From: Raillietiella orientalis
Taxonomy: Eukaryota
DNA length: 64,000 bases
Assembly (NCBI GenBank): GCA_036172245.1
Contig: JAYWIR010000026.1
Span: 1,550,001-1,614,000 of the forward strand
Direction: 5' to 3'
In this document: in pieces, positions 26,359 through 38,300 of the stretch
How the letters are laid out: each line of letters starts with the position of its first letter
Numbering within the stretch: the first letter of the stretch is position 1
Program-made: the position numbers and the translations under genes
The notes under the pieces: model-generated
What the model was told of the DNA's origin: nothing
Database searches by the model: none
Seen by the model: only the letters and a program-made list of their open reading frames with translations

Positions 26359-28599
26359 AGCGAGCGAGCGAGCCAGGGAGCTCGCGCGCCCGCGGAGGTC
26401 ACGCGGACGGTCGCGCGCGCGCGCGCCGGCGATGGCGGCGGCAGAGGAGGAGTATAGGAGACCGGTGGCCCCTTCCTTACTTTCTTCCTCCTCCTTCCCC
26501 CTCCCCCCTCTTGCTCTGAGATGCCAGCGGGCTCACTCCCCTGGGGGTGGGTGGGCAGGGCAGGGGGAGCAAGGGAAGCGTTTCTTGGGGAAAAGCAGGA
26601 GCGGGAGGGGGGGGGGGAGGAGCAGGCTTCCGGGAGGAGGAGATGTGGGTCGCCGGGGCAGGCGCGCAAGGAGGAGGAGGGGGGGGAGGCCGCGAGCGGT
26701 GAGCGACCGCGAGGAACCGCGCGCGCGCGCGCGCAAGTGCCGAAGGGCCTCGGGCGGGCTGCGCCCGACGACCGAGACCGCCCGGAAGCTGCCTCCACCC
26801 CTCCCCCCCCCCCCCCTTCTCATCCTCATCCACCTCCGCCTTCCCTGACCCCTTCTCCTCCCCTCCTCCTGCTCCGTGCCCTCTCCATGACGACCTACTT
26901 TCGGTCCACTCCCCCTTCAGGAGGGAGACATCCGCAGGATAAGGATGGAGAAGGAAGGGAGGGAAGGGAGCACTTCCTTCCTCCTCCCTCCCCTTGGGAA
27001 TCCCATCCCGGGTCCTGTTGCGCCTCCCGGCAGGTGCCGCCAGGAAAGGGCAGTTTGTTCCGCCGGGAGCCGCGAGATGGCAAGGGTCGGGAGGACAGCC
27101 AGCCATTTAACCGGAAGACGAGAGACTCTGGACCAAGAGGATGGCTGGAGAAGGAGGGACGCGCGCTGCCGATGCCGGACGACGGGAAGGGAGCCCGCGA
27201 AAAAGGGAGAGGTAGAACAGCAGGAAGGACGTGGGAACGGGGGATGAGGAATGTGAGGGATCCAAGGGCTTTCCTCATGAGAGCGAAGACGCCACCCCGC
27301 CCGCAGGTGGGCGTGCCTCTCTCCCCTGCCACGGGTGAGTGGGGTGGGGAGAGAGGCTCGGGATGGATGGGCGGAGGACTCTTTGCTTGCGAGCTGCACT
27401 CCTCTGGTGACATGCGTCTGGGACGTTTCGCCCCATTTCCCGTGGGGGAGGGGGGGGGGAGGAGGCGACGGCCACGACGATGAACCAAAGGGGCAGAAGG
27501 CGATGACCTGCACCCCGTCCGGGTAGCGCGGGCGAGTGATGCCTGGGGCTGCTCCACCTCCGCAGGGACACGAGTGGCTCGCTTTTGCCTTCCTCCATCG
27601 TCCTAGAGAGTGACTTCTTTTTCCTCTCCCGCTCTCCCCCGCGCTCCCCTCACTCTCCGAAGCCCCGGCAACGTCCAGGGCTTCTGGGAAGCGCCTCGAA
27701 CGTCCCTGTACTCCACGAAGTCAGGATCCTCCTGCAGAGCCTGAGGGAGCGCGGGGTGTCTCCTATGGAGCGGCGGCCGCTGCTGACTTCCCTTCTGGTC
27801 CCTCTGACGCGGACTCTTCGTGTTACATTTCTTAGATTTCAGGACGCTTCTAGGATTTCCCCGCTGCTCCAGGAAACGCTCAGGAACGTCAAGGTCGCTC
27901 CCGTCGGCGGCTTCTGCTCGCACCTTCCGGCTGAACGGTGTGTCCTCACGTAATCGCCCGAGGTCCGATTCTCCCGAAGGTTCGGACTCTGCGGCCAAGT
28001 GGGGTCTCTGGCCATCCGGCGTGGGAAGCGGCTCGCTCCGGCAGGAGGTGGCACCGACGCATCCACGTTTCCAAGGACCTTTCGCTATTACTCCGGTCCT
28101 GGGGATCCCGGAGTTTCCGACGCCCCGATGCCCGCGGATGCACGCGACCTACCACTACCTCAAGAAACGCGAGGCCACGCGCTGTGGTCCAGGCATAGAT
28201 CGTGCCTCGTCCGAAAGGGACAAATCGTCTGCGCTGGGTCGGCGCCGGCAGAGGGTCTTCCTCGTACCAAGCAGTAGTTTCTGCGCCCTGAGGAACCACC
28301 GAGGATGTGAATCGGGAGCGGTCGTGCTGCTCCTGCCGCAAGGAAGTTGAGAAGACGTCGGGGTCGTTTCCGGTCACGCGTAATGGAGAGTCAGAGGAGG
28401 ACCGACAGGCCAGGAAGAGGCGCTTGTCCTCTCAGGAGCACGCTGAGGAGCGTACAAGGGAACGGGCGAGAAGGAGGAGGGAGAAATACTCCGGGCGATG
28501 GTCCCGAGACTAGGGAAAACCGAGATGAGGACTCCAGGAAGGGAAGCCCGGATTGTGAGTACTCGTGGCTCTCAGTTCGTGGAATCAGAGGAGCGACCT

Positions 28600-29310
28600 C
28601 CTCTATCTCCGGAATTGGCCTCTTTCTCTTCTCAGCACCAAACAGGAGCTCGATAAACGCCCTTCGGGCGGGGCACAGCGATAATGGCTTCCGGGGCTGG
28701 ACGTGAACGCAGGAAGACTTCCTTGCTGGTAGGAAGATCTGCAACAGCCTGACGCCCTTGACTGGGCGCGCGTCTCCGAAAGGAAGCAACCTTCCGGACG
28801 CCCTCTTTACGCGCCCTTCCACCACCCCTTCGTTCCTGACGATCCTCTTCCCGAGAGAAAGCAGATGAGATCGGGAAGATGCGTGGGTTCTCTGGAAACG
28901 AACCGTGCCGAACACTTCTTGCTTGCCTGGTGCTCACGAGAACCACGGCCAAATAAGTGAAGATCCCAGTTGCGCCTCTCCGTGTGGGAGGAAGACAACA
29001 GGTTTGTACGGGACGCTTCGGCGGTCTTAGCTGGCGGCCAAAGGAGGAATCTTTTCCCCCCTGCCCTCCCACTTGACCCACACAGTCCTTCCTGTTTGAC
29101 GTCTCCTCAATTTTCGTCGAGGTTCCTCCAGCCTCTCAGGGTCAAATCCCTTGACCAAAGTCGCTGGAACCTCGAGGAGGAAGAAGGTCCAGCAGCCCTT
29201 TTTTCTCATTCTTCATGGGATGGAGCTTGAGATGAGCTTCTTCTCATCTTTTCTCGGAAGATCCCTTCTTGATCTTGCGCGTTCCAGAATGCCCCTCAGT
29301 GATATCCGTG
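28600..29310 (-). mobile_element. Highly decayed Ty3/Gypsy-like integrase remnant
   Basis: Across frameshifts the fragments EGHSGTRKIK, FTYLAVV, RHGSFPE, NEGVVEGRVKR and ELLFG occur in the order and approximate spacing of the integrase motifs (GHxGxxKT, YLVVVD, RHGxPE, NGxVERxVK, ELLFG). Confidence 0.3.
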
Positions 29311-32300
29311 CTCCTCCCTTTCGCTCGAGGCGTCTTCCGCTCAGCGGAAACTTCCCGTGGTCTCACGTCCCTGACTCTTTTGTGGGGCCGAGATGAGGAC
29401 TCGATGTGCTCGGAGTCACCGAGATCTCGCGGGGCGGGCAGTGCCGGGTCATCGGTACGAATGGCAAGGTAAGTCTGAGTACTGATCAAAGGGGAGCACC
29501 GAGGACCTACGGAGGAAGCAGAGGAACCCCCGGCTGCGATGGGCCTTCTTTGATTCCTGTGGTCCTAGGGCCTCTGCAAGAGGAGGAAGAATCCGGGTAT
29601 CAAGAAGAAAGGCATCGGAAGTCCTACGAGTCCCTGTTGTTCCGGCGAGGAAACTGAAGCGCAGAGCAGGGATAAAACTCTCCCACCTTCCTCCCCCCCC
29701 CCCCCCCCTCCTCACACACACGCACGCTTTAGAGCAAGCCATCTGCTGGAAAGACCCAGCCTGGTCAATCAGAAGGAGGAAGATGAGGAACCTCTCCGGG
29801 GAACCCTCCTCCAGCGAGGAAGGCTTGCGATGGAGAGGTTGGCTCCTCCGCCCACCAACAAGATTTACCCAGATCTTCCCTCCCCCGTCCAGTTTTCGGG
29901 CGTATCTGTCCTTCCTGGACCTACTGCAAGAGTAACGGATGGCCTCCTCCTCAAGATCTGCAGCCCATCTTCGTGCGCCGGGGTGGCCCCCTCGCCGCAA
30001 GCGGCGCCGCGCCTTCACAAGGCGAGGAGGACAGGAGAGAACGGGGACCTCGAGCCTCTTCATCCCGCCTGCATCATTCACGCGTTTTTATTTGTTTACC
30101 GTTCTCCACCCCTTTTCCACTCCCCCCTTCCCTATCGGAATCCAGCAGAAATGCAGATTCCCCGCCCCCCCCCCCTTGCATGTTTATCTGTTGCTGGGTA
30201 AAAATTCCTAGGGTCCAACTGTTTCCTGGATGCAACTCTGGGCAGGAGAATTCCTCTTCTTCTCCAGGATACCTTCGGAAGGGCGCGCCGTTCCCTTCCC
30301 TCCTGCCCCTCATTCCGGCTGCCTCCAAGGGTAGTCTTCCCGCTGCCAGGGAACTTCCGAGGGTCTGCTGCTCCCGTCCGCTGCCCGCCATGCGTGGGTA
30401 TTAAGGCGGCGCCGCGCGCGCGAGGGGGGAAGGAGGGAGAGAGAGAGCCGACGGGCGCTGCTTCGTCGTCCCTTCCTTCTCCCGGTTCGCCCTCACACGC
30501 GGGTGGGTTCCTTTCTTTCGCCTCCCGATTGTTTTCTTTTCTTCCTTTCATTTTTTTTTTTTTTTTTTTTCCTCCTCCTCTCGCTTTGCCTGCCTTTCCC
30601 GTCGGGACTCATCGCTGGGCGCGAGTTTCAAGCAGCATCGAAGAAGCGATAAAGTTACAAGCGAACAAAAGTGGCGATAAATCCTGGGTCGGTCCGTCCA
30701 CCGTCGGTACGCATCGCGCATGCGCGCGCAGCAACCTCGTGATTTACGGCGCCGAGCGGCGAGGACTCGCTTTACGCGCGCGTGATATACGGCGGGAACG
30801 TGCGCGCGCGTGTGCTCAGAGAGAGCGCGAGAGCCTTGCGTCCCCATCGGCAGAGGGTGCGCCAGGGGGGAAGAAAAGGGAAGGAGGGGGGGGGGGGGTT
30901 CCCGGTCAACTCGCGATCATCCTCGCATGCCCCGGTGCAGGCGAGCGCCGCCGCCATTCGAACACTGTCACTCTCTCTTCCTCGCTTCCTCCTCCCGAGC
31001 GCATGAGCCCTACAGAGGAAGTCCGCTCCCAGCGAGAGACCACCCCGGCCACCCTCAGCTGCGCGCTCGCCGTCCGCTCCCTCTCCTCCTTTCGAGACCA
31101 GATCCAGCCGCCTTCGAAGAGGAGGAGCAGCAGCCTCAACCTCCTCTTCGGGATGGAAGTGGTGGTACCTCCGCCGCTGTCTCGGCAGCCGTATCACAAA
31201 TCCTGAGGGATTCCTTTCCTCCTTCCCCTCTCCCCTCCCCTCTCCCCGTTATTCTCGTTCTGGAAGATGCCACCGCGTCCCAAGGCAGCAAGCAACCTTT
31301 CTGTGGTCCAGACAGGGGTTTCGACGGGTCCTCGCCGTCGTTGGGCAGTGGTGACTCCTCGCTCTCGAGATCCGGCTCTTCGCCCACGCGTTGGAGTAGA
31401 GCGGCAGCAGCAGCTCTCGAAATCTGGACCGGAGCCGGCTCTTTTCGGTGATGCGCCGCCGCTGCTGCTGTCAGTGACCTCAGAAGACAAGCGCGGAGCG
31501 CGTTTCTAAGAGCGGAAGACAACCGGGACGATCGACCCACTGAATACGGGAGAGCCTGGACCCGTCTCCGACAACTCCGGAGCTTCGGCAGCGGATGAAG
31601 TTGCGACTTCCGGCCGAAGGAGGAGCGAGAAAAATCTCGCTGGCTCTTCTGGCGCGACTGTGACCGGGGAGCAAACATTCCGCGACTCCAGGTGGCGCCC
31701 TCGCGAAAGATCCAGAGCCGGTAGAATAGTCGAAAAGGGCGAGAGAGCTCTCTCCGTTCACCTCGGGGTCGCTTCCTGCGGGCCATCTTGTCCACTGGCA
31801 GCCTCGTAGCCCCGGGCTACAGGCGACCGCTGCTCGCCGCCACCGCCGTTGCGCTTCGAGCCACCGATTGGGAAACAGCACGAGAGTAGGGCACGGGAGA
31901 GTTGACCTTTCACGCCACTTGACCGAGGGATCCTGTCCGTTGCAGAGTGGACGGCCCACCACCTCGCGTCCCCGTCCCAAATGTTGTCTCCCCTTGCGCA
32001 GCCTCCTGGCTAACAGGCGGCTCTCTCTCTCTGGCACGTGCGTGCACCCAGGTCGCGCTCAGTCCCCCCCCCCCCCCAAATCCTACCCCATGCATATGCA
32101 TGGGGTCACTGCCGCGTGTGTGTGCCCGGGCCACCGCCGCCGTCACAAGCCTCTTCACGTGCGCCCCTCGCGGTCGCTCCCGGCGGTGCGCTTCCTGCTT
32201 TGCGCAACCCCCACACGCGGCGATGGCTTCAAGGAGGAACGCGAGCGACACCCGAGAGAGCACCGGGACATTTCACAACGGGGAAGGGACAGCGAAGGAG

Positions 32301-35300
32301 GAGTAGGCACCAGGGATCCTTTCCGGGAGAACCCCGTAGGAAAGGCCTGAAGTTCCACAAGGTCGCATCGGCCGTGTGGATCACGACCCACGGAAATCCT
32401 GTCAGTTCTTCCCTGCGCGAGGCGATCCGGGGTGAGAGGGAGAGATGTTGGGGAGACACAGGGGAAAGAAGGCTCGGTAGGGGAGGGGTAAAGAAGCGAC
32501 GGCTGCGCTGGTTTCTTCTCCGACGGGCTCCTCCGTGAAAACGACGCTGTCCAGAGCCACGACGCAGCTTGGGAAACCCACGATGCGGCGCGCGAGGGGT
32601 GAGGAAAAGATGGAGGCTCCCGGAAAGGATAAAGGGAGGTACCGGCTCCTCCTCATCTCTTCACCTGCAGCGGGCAGCAGCAGACTGAGAAGACCACGGA
32701 GGAGAGGGTAGTCTGCAAGCGCCGCATTCACCTCCTCCCTACTTTCGTTCCTGTGCCCAGGAAACCGAGACGTCGGGAAGAAGATCAGTGCCCGTATCGG
32801 TTTATTCCTCTGGTAGAAGCGATCCCAGACGGTGCTTCCGTGGTGAAAAGGGAGCCTTGTCCCGCAGAAAGCTTCTGGAAGGAAAGAAAAGCAAAAAAAG
32901 GGAGAAGGAAGAGAGGATGAAGGGGGAGAGGGAGGGGGGAGATGCAGCGGAGCCTGGAAGCGCCCTCTCTCTGTAAAGACGCGCGCTCGGAACCCGCCAG
33001 ACTGTCTGCCCGAACCCACTCCAGCGTCTGCAAGGCATCCGACCTGGACGAAGGTCAGCTCCGCGGAATGGCATCGTAGATTTTGCTCGCGCATCCCACC
33101 CAGCATCACCACCACCGCGTGGGGAAGGGGGGAGGAGGGTTCGCGCGCGGCGTCTCTAGCGGATGGATCCCCGGAATTTTCGATCAAATCGCTTTTCCCC
33201 CTTCCACCTCCTCTCCCCCCCCCCCCCCTCTTCGTTCCCCTTGGCGAGCGAGCGCGGCGGGCCCAAGACGGGCGAGCGGAGCGTTCACAAGTGGCCGCTC
33301 TTTTGCAAACGGCGTTTCATTCCGCGAATTCCAGGATCCCTGTTGATTCCACCCCTCCCAGATGATTGCCGCCGAGACCGCTGCTGGCAGCAGACCCGTG
33401 CTCCCAGACCCGAACGCCATAAATAAGGCCGCCCGGCCGACAATCCGCGGTCTTCGGAACGAGAGGTGCTGCTGCAAAGGTTCGCACCGCGCCGGAGGTT
33501 CTCCCTGGAACGCCTCGGCCGCGCTCGAGTCTTGCAGAGGCGGCCATTTTTATTTATTGGAATGTTGTGACGTTCTTGCGCGGGGGCCCGGAACGAGAGC
33601 GTCGCCTGCCGACGCCCCGAGTGGCCGTGAACGCAAAGCAGCAGCGCCCGCCCCATCTTCGCATCTCTTTTTATGGACTTCCGGAGACGGGGCTGCTGGC
33701 GGAACTCGTCGGGGCGCAACGGACCACCACCTCACGAACGATGCACGAGGGCCTTGGTTGAGAGGCGCACGCGCGAGCGCCGCCGGTGCACAAGTCGCCG
33801 CAGCGGTAGTCTTCCCCCCTACTCGCTGGCCAACAGCAAGACCTCAGAGGTGCATTTTTTGATCGCTTCGGTTGGCCCGGAAACGCCTTCAGCTCTTCCG
33901 AGCTCAGGCAGGAAGAAGCACTCTGGAGCACGCCTCTGAGGAGCTCCAGGAAGCAGCCGCTCCATTCTATGCTTCCTTTTTCCCTCCTCATCCTTCCTCC
34001 TTCTTTCCTGGGGCAAAGAAGTTCGATGGGAGCGATAGCCAGTGTCTCCGTCAAGAGCCGGTTCCACCCTCTCACGAAAATGCCCTCCCGCAATGGAGCC
34101 TCTGCTCGGGCACCTTTTCGAGTCCACCGGAAACGCCCCTCCCATTTCCACCCTCATTCCCTCCGCTATGGCTGCTGCCATCCACCGCTCACGCAGCACG
34201 TGAGCGGAATGCTCCCACTCTCGCCCGCCGCCTCGGAGTGCGAGGCAGCCCGGCTGCTGCGGTCAGCCGCCGGAAACGCGGCAGAGGCTGTTGACAAAGG
34301 GCCGATGCTCCGCTCCCAAGGGGGGCTCCCGTCTGCGCCCAGGGACCTCGCTGGCGGGCGTAGGGAACAATCCGGAAGACGGAAGAGCATTGGAGCCGCG
34401 AAGTGGCCGGTTCGCTTCCAGCTCCGGGGCCGCTACGCTCCTCCCTGGAGAGCGCTCCAGGGTGAGTGCTGATGCCGTGAGCCCTCCTCCACCCATCCTG
34501 GTAGCCCGACGGAGGTCGTACGGGAAGGCGCCCCACGCAGTCAGGAAGACGAAGGGATGGATTCTCCCGCGAGGGAATGCAACGCTCCTTCGCCCGAGCA
34601 GAACCCCACTGGAGACGCGCCGCGGCGCTCTCGGGAGTCGGGTAAGCCGGGGAAGGGAGGCTCCACGCTTGGAAGGGAGGGGACAGCGGACTAAGGGAGG
34701 CTTCTAGCCGACGTCCGGAGACCACGAGTTCCCGTCGGGCATCGGTGAAGATCTCTCGCCTCTCCCATGAGATCGAACCTTCGGGACGGAGCCTGTCCCT
34801 CCGACTGGGGAGCTCTCCTGGGACCCCGGACGCGCTTTCTCGAGGGTAGGAGCGTTCGCAGCTTCCCGACCAGTCAGCTGGGAGCTCGAATGAAGGCGAA
34901 AAAGGACGGAGGGCGGTGTGCTCGTGGCTTCTCCCATAGTCCCGCGGCCACTCTCCAAGAGGATGCCCGCCAGGTCCGCGGTTCCCGCTCTTCCAAGGCA
35001 GAGCCGCGCATCGCATCCCTCGAGGGGCAGCCCAGATAGAGGCCCGGGAAGCCTGAAGCGAAAATTCGGGGGAAAGCAGAAGAAGCAAAGGGCCGCAGAG
35101 AGCATCCCGGCATCCCGCAGTTTCCCCGAGTGCGAGATGGGGGAGGGAAAGGAGGGAAGAGCGGGATCAGCGTCTTTCATCCCACGGTCCCCTCCACGAG
35201 CAGATGCCGAGTATTCCTAGAGGGGGCTCCTTCCTGCCATCCCTCCCTTCCCTTCCTCCCGGTTCCTCTTCTCCCGGCCCTCCTTCCTTCCGGACTCCGT

Positions 35301-38300
35301 CCTCCAGAGCGGCCTGCGGACGCCGCGGCAGCATCCCGGCCAATAGGATCGTTCGATCCAGAGCCCGACGAAAGTCCGCGACGTGATTGGCGCTCCGAAG
35401 TGGGCACGGGCTCGGGAGCGGGATCGGAAGTTGCACCCGACGGAAAGCAGCGCGACCCTCGGGAAAAGCCCGGAAGCGCCGGGACACGCCCCTCCCTCCG
35501 CTGCCGCGACTGCAGGAGGGGGAGAGGGGAACAAGAGACAGCAGGGGCGAGTCGCGCCACTACTGGGCCTACTGGGAGGAACCCACTTCAACCCTCTTAC
35601 GCCCTTCAGGCCATCCGGGAAGGGGAGAAGCGGGCGAACTGTCCCGGCATGAACGAATTGGCAGGAGGAGGAGGCTGGGAAAAGGCACCTCCCGTTGCTC
35701 CCTGAAAAGGGCAACCCAACAAGCGACAGAGGAAGGAAGGAGGCGTTCGTACTCCACCTCATGTCCCACGTCAACCACCCACCCGGAGCAAGGGAGGCGG
35801 CAAAGATTCGGGGGCACGCTGAGGTTTCCAGCCGAGCTCCGAGGGAGCAGGCGAGCCACGTGCGTCCACCGGGGACGTCGCTGCGAGAGGCGTGGCGGCA
35901 GAGGGAGGAACCCGAGAGCTGCGCCAAGACCGGGCGCCTCGGCCTTGCGAGAGAGAGAGGGGCGGGCGGCGTCCCGGAGCCACCGCCTTCCTCTCCTAGT
36001 CTTCCCTGCCGACCGAGCGTCCGAGATGAGGCGAGGTGGCGGCTCCGAAGGAACGGCCCTTGCCCGCCCGGAGTCGTTGAACCGCACCGCTGCGGACGAG
36101 AGCGCGCGTTTCCACGGCGGCAGCGGCCGAAGCGACCGGACCAGCGGCAGCGTCTCGACGGGGCAGACGGCAGGTCGCGCGCGCGCGCTGCTTCACAAAG
36201 GCGTGCCTGCTGATCGCTGCTGCAGCGCCACACTGGCCGTCGCGCAACGCCCTGACCCCGGCGGTCATGCCCACGAGCGCCGAGCAGTATCCGGGAAGCC
36301 ACCTTCGGCTTCCCTTAGGGAGAGGGGGAAGGGAAGAATCGGGCTCTTGCCCTCTCGCCAGCGGTGGGTCCGCAGCGCGTCTTCCGTCCACGGGGGAGGA
36401 AAGAAAGGGACCGCTGGACCGTGAGAGAATGCTGGGTCGGCTTTAGCATTCCGTGTGGAGGAGAGGCCACTCGGCGATACCCCCATTCGCTTAGACGCTG
36501 TCTCAGAACGAGGAAGCCTGGCGGAACGGGGTCCAAGAAGACTCGGGACAGCCTGGAACACTCGGAACGGGTGGTCTGACAATCACCCACCCGGGAGGCA
36601 GCTTTTGGAGGTGCCAAACACAGGAGAACCACCTTGTGCCCTTTTTCGGTGCCCTCCTTGAAGGCTCAAGCAGTTCTCTGTAGCAACGGAGTCGACCGAA
36701 GGGGCCGAGCGCAGGGACAGCGGGCAGCGCTCACCGCTCCCCTCCCCCGCACCTCCCCGCGGTCCTGAAGGCATGGGGTGCGCGTTGGCGCTTCCTTGAG
36801 CAGCCAGGTCAGGGTGGAAAGGCGTTATCTCTCGGATGCCTCGAGGAGCGCTTCCCGGGAAGGAGGAGAGGAAGCAAGGCGTGACCTGATCCGGAACCCC
36901 GGCTCACGAACCGGACAGGCGCTCAGCCCCTACCCCCGACCAAAGAAGCACGGGGAGCTGAAGGGGACAGGACGGTGCCGGAGCACGAAAGGGAAAGGCA
37001 GCAAGGAACGACTGGATTCTCCTCCCCCTTTTTCCATCCTCTCCTCGAATGCGCGCGTGAGCTGCTCACTTCGCTCTCTCCTCGCCAGGAAGGAGGAGGT
37101 GAAGCTCTTCCTCCCTCCGATCCCCGACCCTCATCCTCTTCTTCCTGCTTGGCTTCCCGCCGCTCGGATTAGGCGGTTCTCTCTCATCCCCTTTAGGCAT
37201 TTATTTTATTCATTTTTTTTTATTTCCTTCCAGAATGAGCACCTCCCTGGCTGCCAGCAGAGCCCCCTCCGCCCTAGCCAAGGGCGTCTGGCCGGCAGCC
37301 GGGGACCCCGCCGTCGTCGGAGGAGGAGGAGATGGAGGGGGGAGGAGCAGGACGGCCGTCCGGCAGAGCTGATCGCTGCGGGCGATGCCGTGACCCGACC
37401 CCTTCGCCCTCCAGTAATGCAGCTGGCGTTGGCCGCCTGCTCTCGCCACAGCCGCCTGCCCACGCTCGGACGCCGCTCCGGACGTCCCTGGGGGCGTCCT
37501 TCCGCCCCCGTCGATCGATGGCTGCCGGGGCGACCGACCGACCTCCCGGGCTCTGCGAGGCGGACGCAGCGGGTAGGGAGCACGCGGCGGCTCCCATCGT
37601 GAGCGCCCTGCTGGCTGGCAGGCTGCGCCAAGCACCGCCCACCTCCGCTTTCGCGCGCCCTCTCTGCGGGCGTCTCCCACCCACGTGGGCCTCTCCCTAG
37701 AACTCAGTTCCCTCCTTCCCTCCCAATGGTTCCCCCGTCCCGTCCGACGCTGGAATCGACTCCCCAGGAGCGATCCCCGGGAGGAGGAGAAGCAGGGCGG
37801 GTGGATGGGTAGGGGGCGAGAACAACTTTACTCCCTCATCCCGCCGCGATTTCCAGGGGGAAACCGCCGCCACCTGACCTCTCCCCTCTCCCTCCCTTCG
37901 AGGTGCCGGAGGGGTGCACTTGATGATGGCTCAGGGAAAGCCGGGCCTACAGGGAGCTCCCCGTGCCGCAGCGCGCCATCATCCTCTGCCGCTCCTGAAA
38001 GAAAACCGAAAGTGTCGACCCGGAAATATCTGCATCTCCGTGGAGAAAAAGCGCGGCGACCCTTCTTCTGAGACACAGCTGCCCGAAGGTCTCCAGGGGT
38101 CCAGAAGCTTGGGAACGGAGCCATGCTTCCTGATCGTAGAGGGGCGATGTCGGATGAAGGAGAAGCCCTGGAATCACGACATCAGAAGGCTGCGATTTCT
38201 CGCGAGCGAGGCGGAGGTGGGGTCAGCTGCTCCTCCTCCTCTCCCCCCGTCAGGGAGGACGCACACAGAGGTCGCGAGCCATTTTTCTCTTTGGTGAAGA

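Larger units (their letters stand above)
24732..26430 (-). other. CpG-island-like block with candidate 5' exons of a minus-strand transcript
   Basis: Two consensus GTGAGT donors (25690, 25523), a 101-nt GT..CAG intron (25690-25590), a 66-nt exon (25589-25524), and an ATG in good Kozak context at 24774 (MAYWGVPGHQVQCQ) followed by a weak AAG|GTCCGG donor. No downstream coding exon identified. Confidence 0.3.

Noticed and set aside
29380..29475. Perfect donor AAG|GTAAGT at 29469
   Set aside because: No convincing upstream acceptor or coding signal; a single consensus hit is expected by chance in 64 kb.
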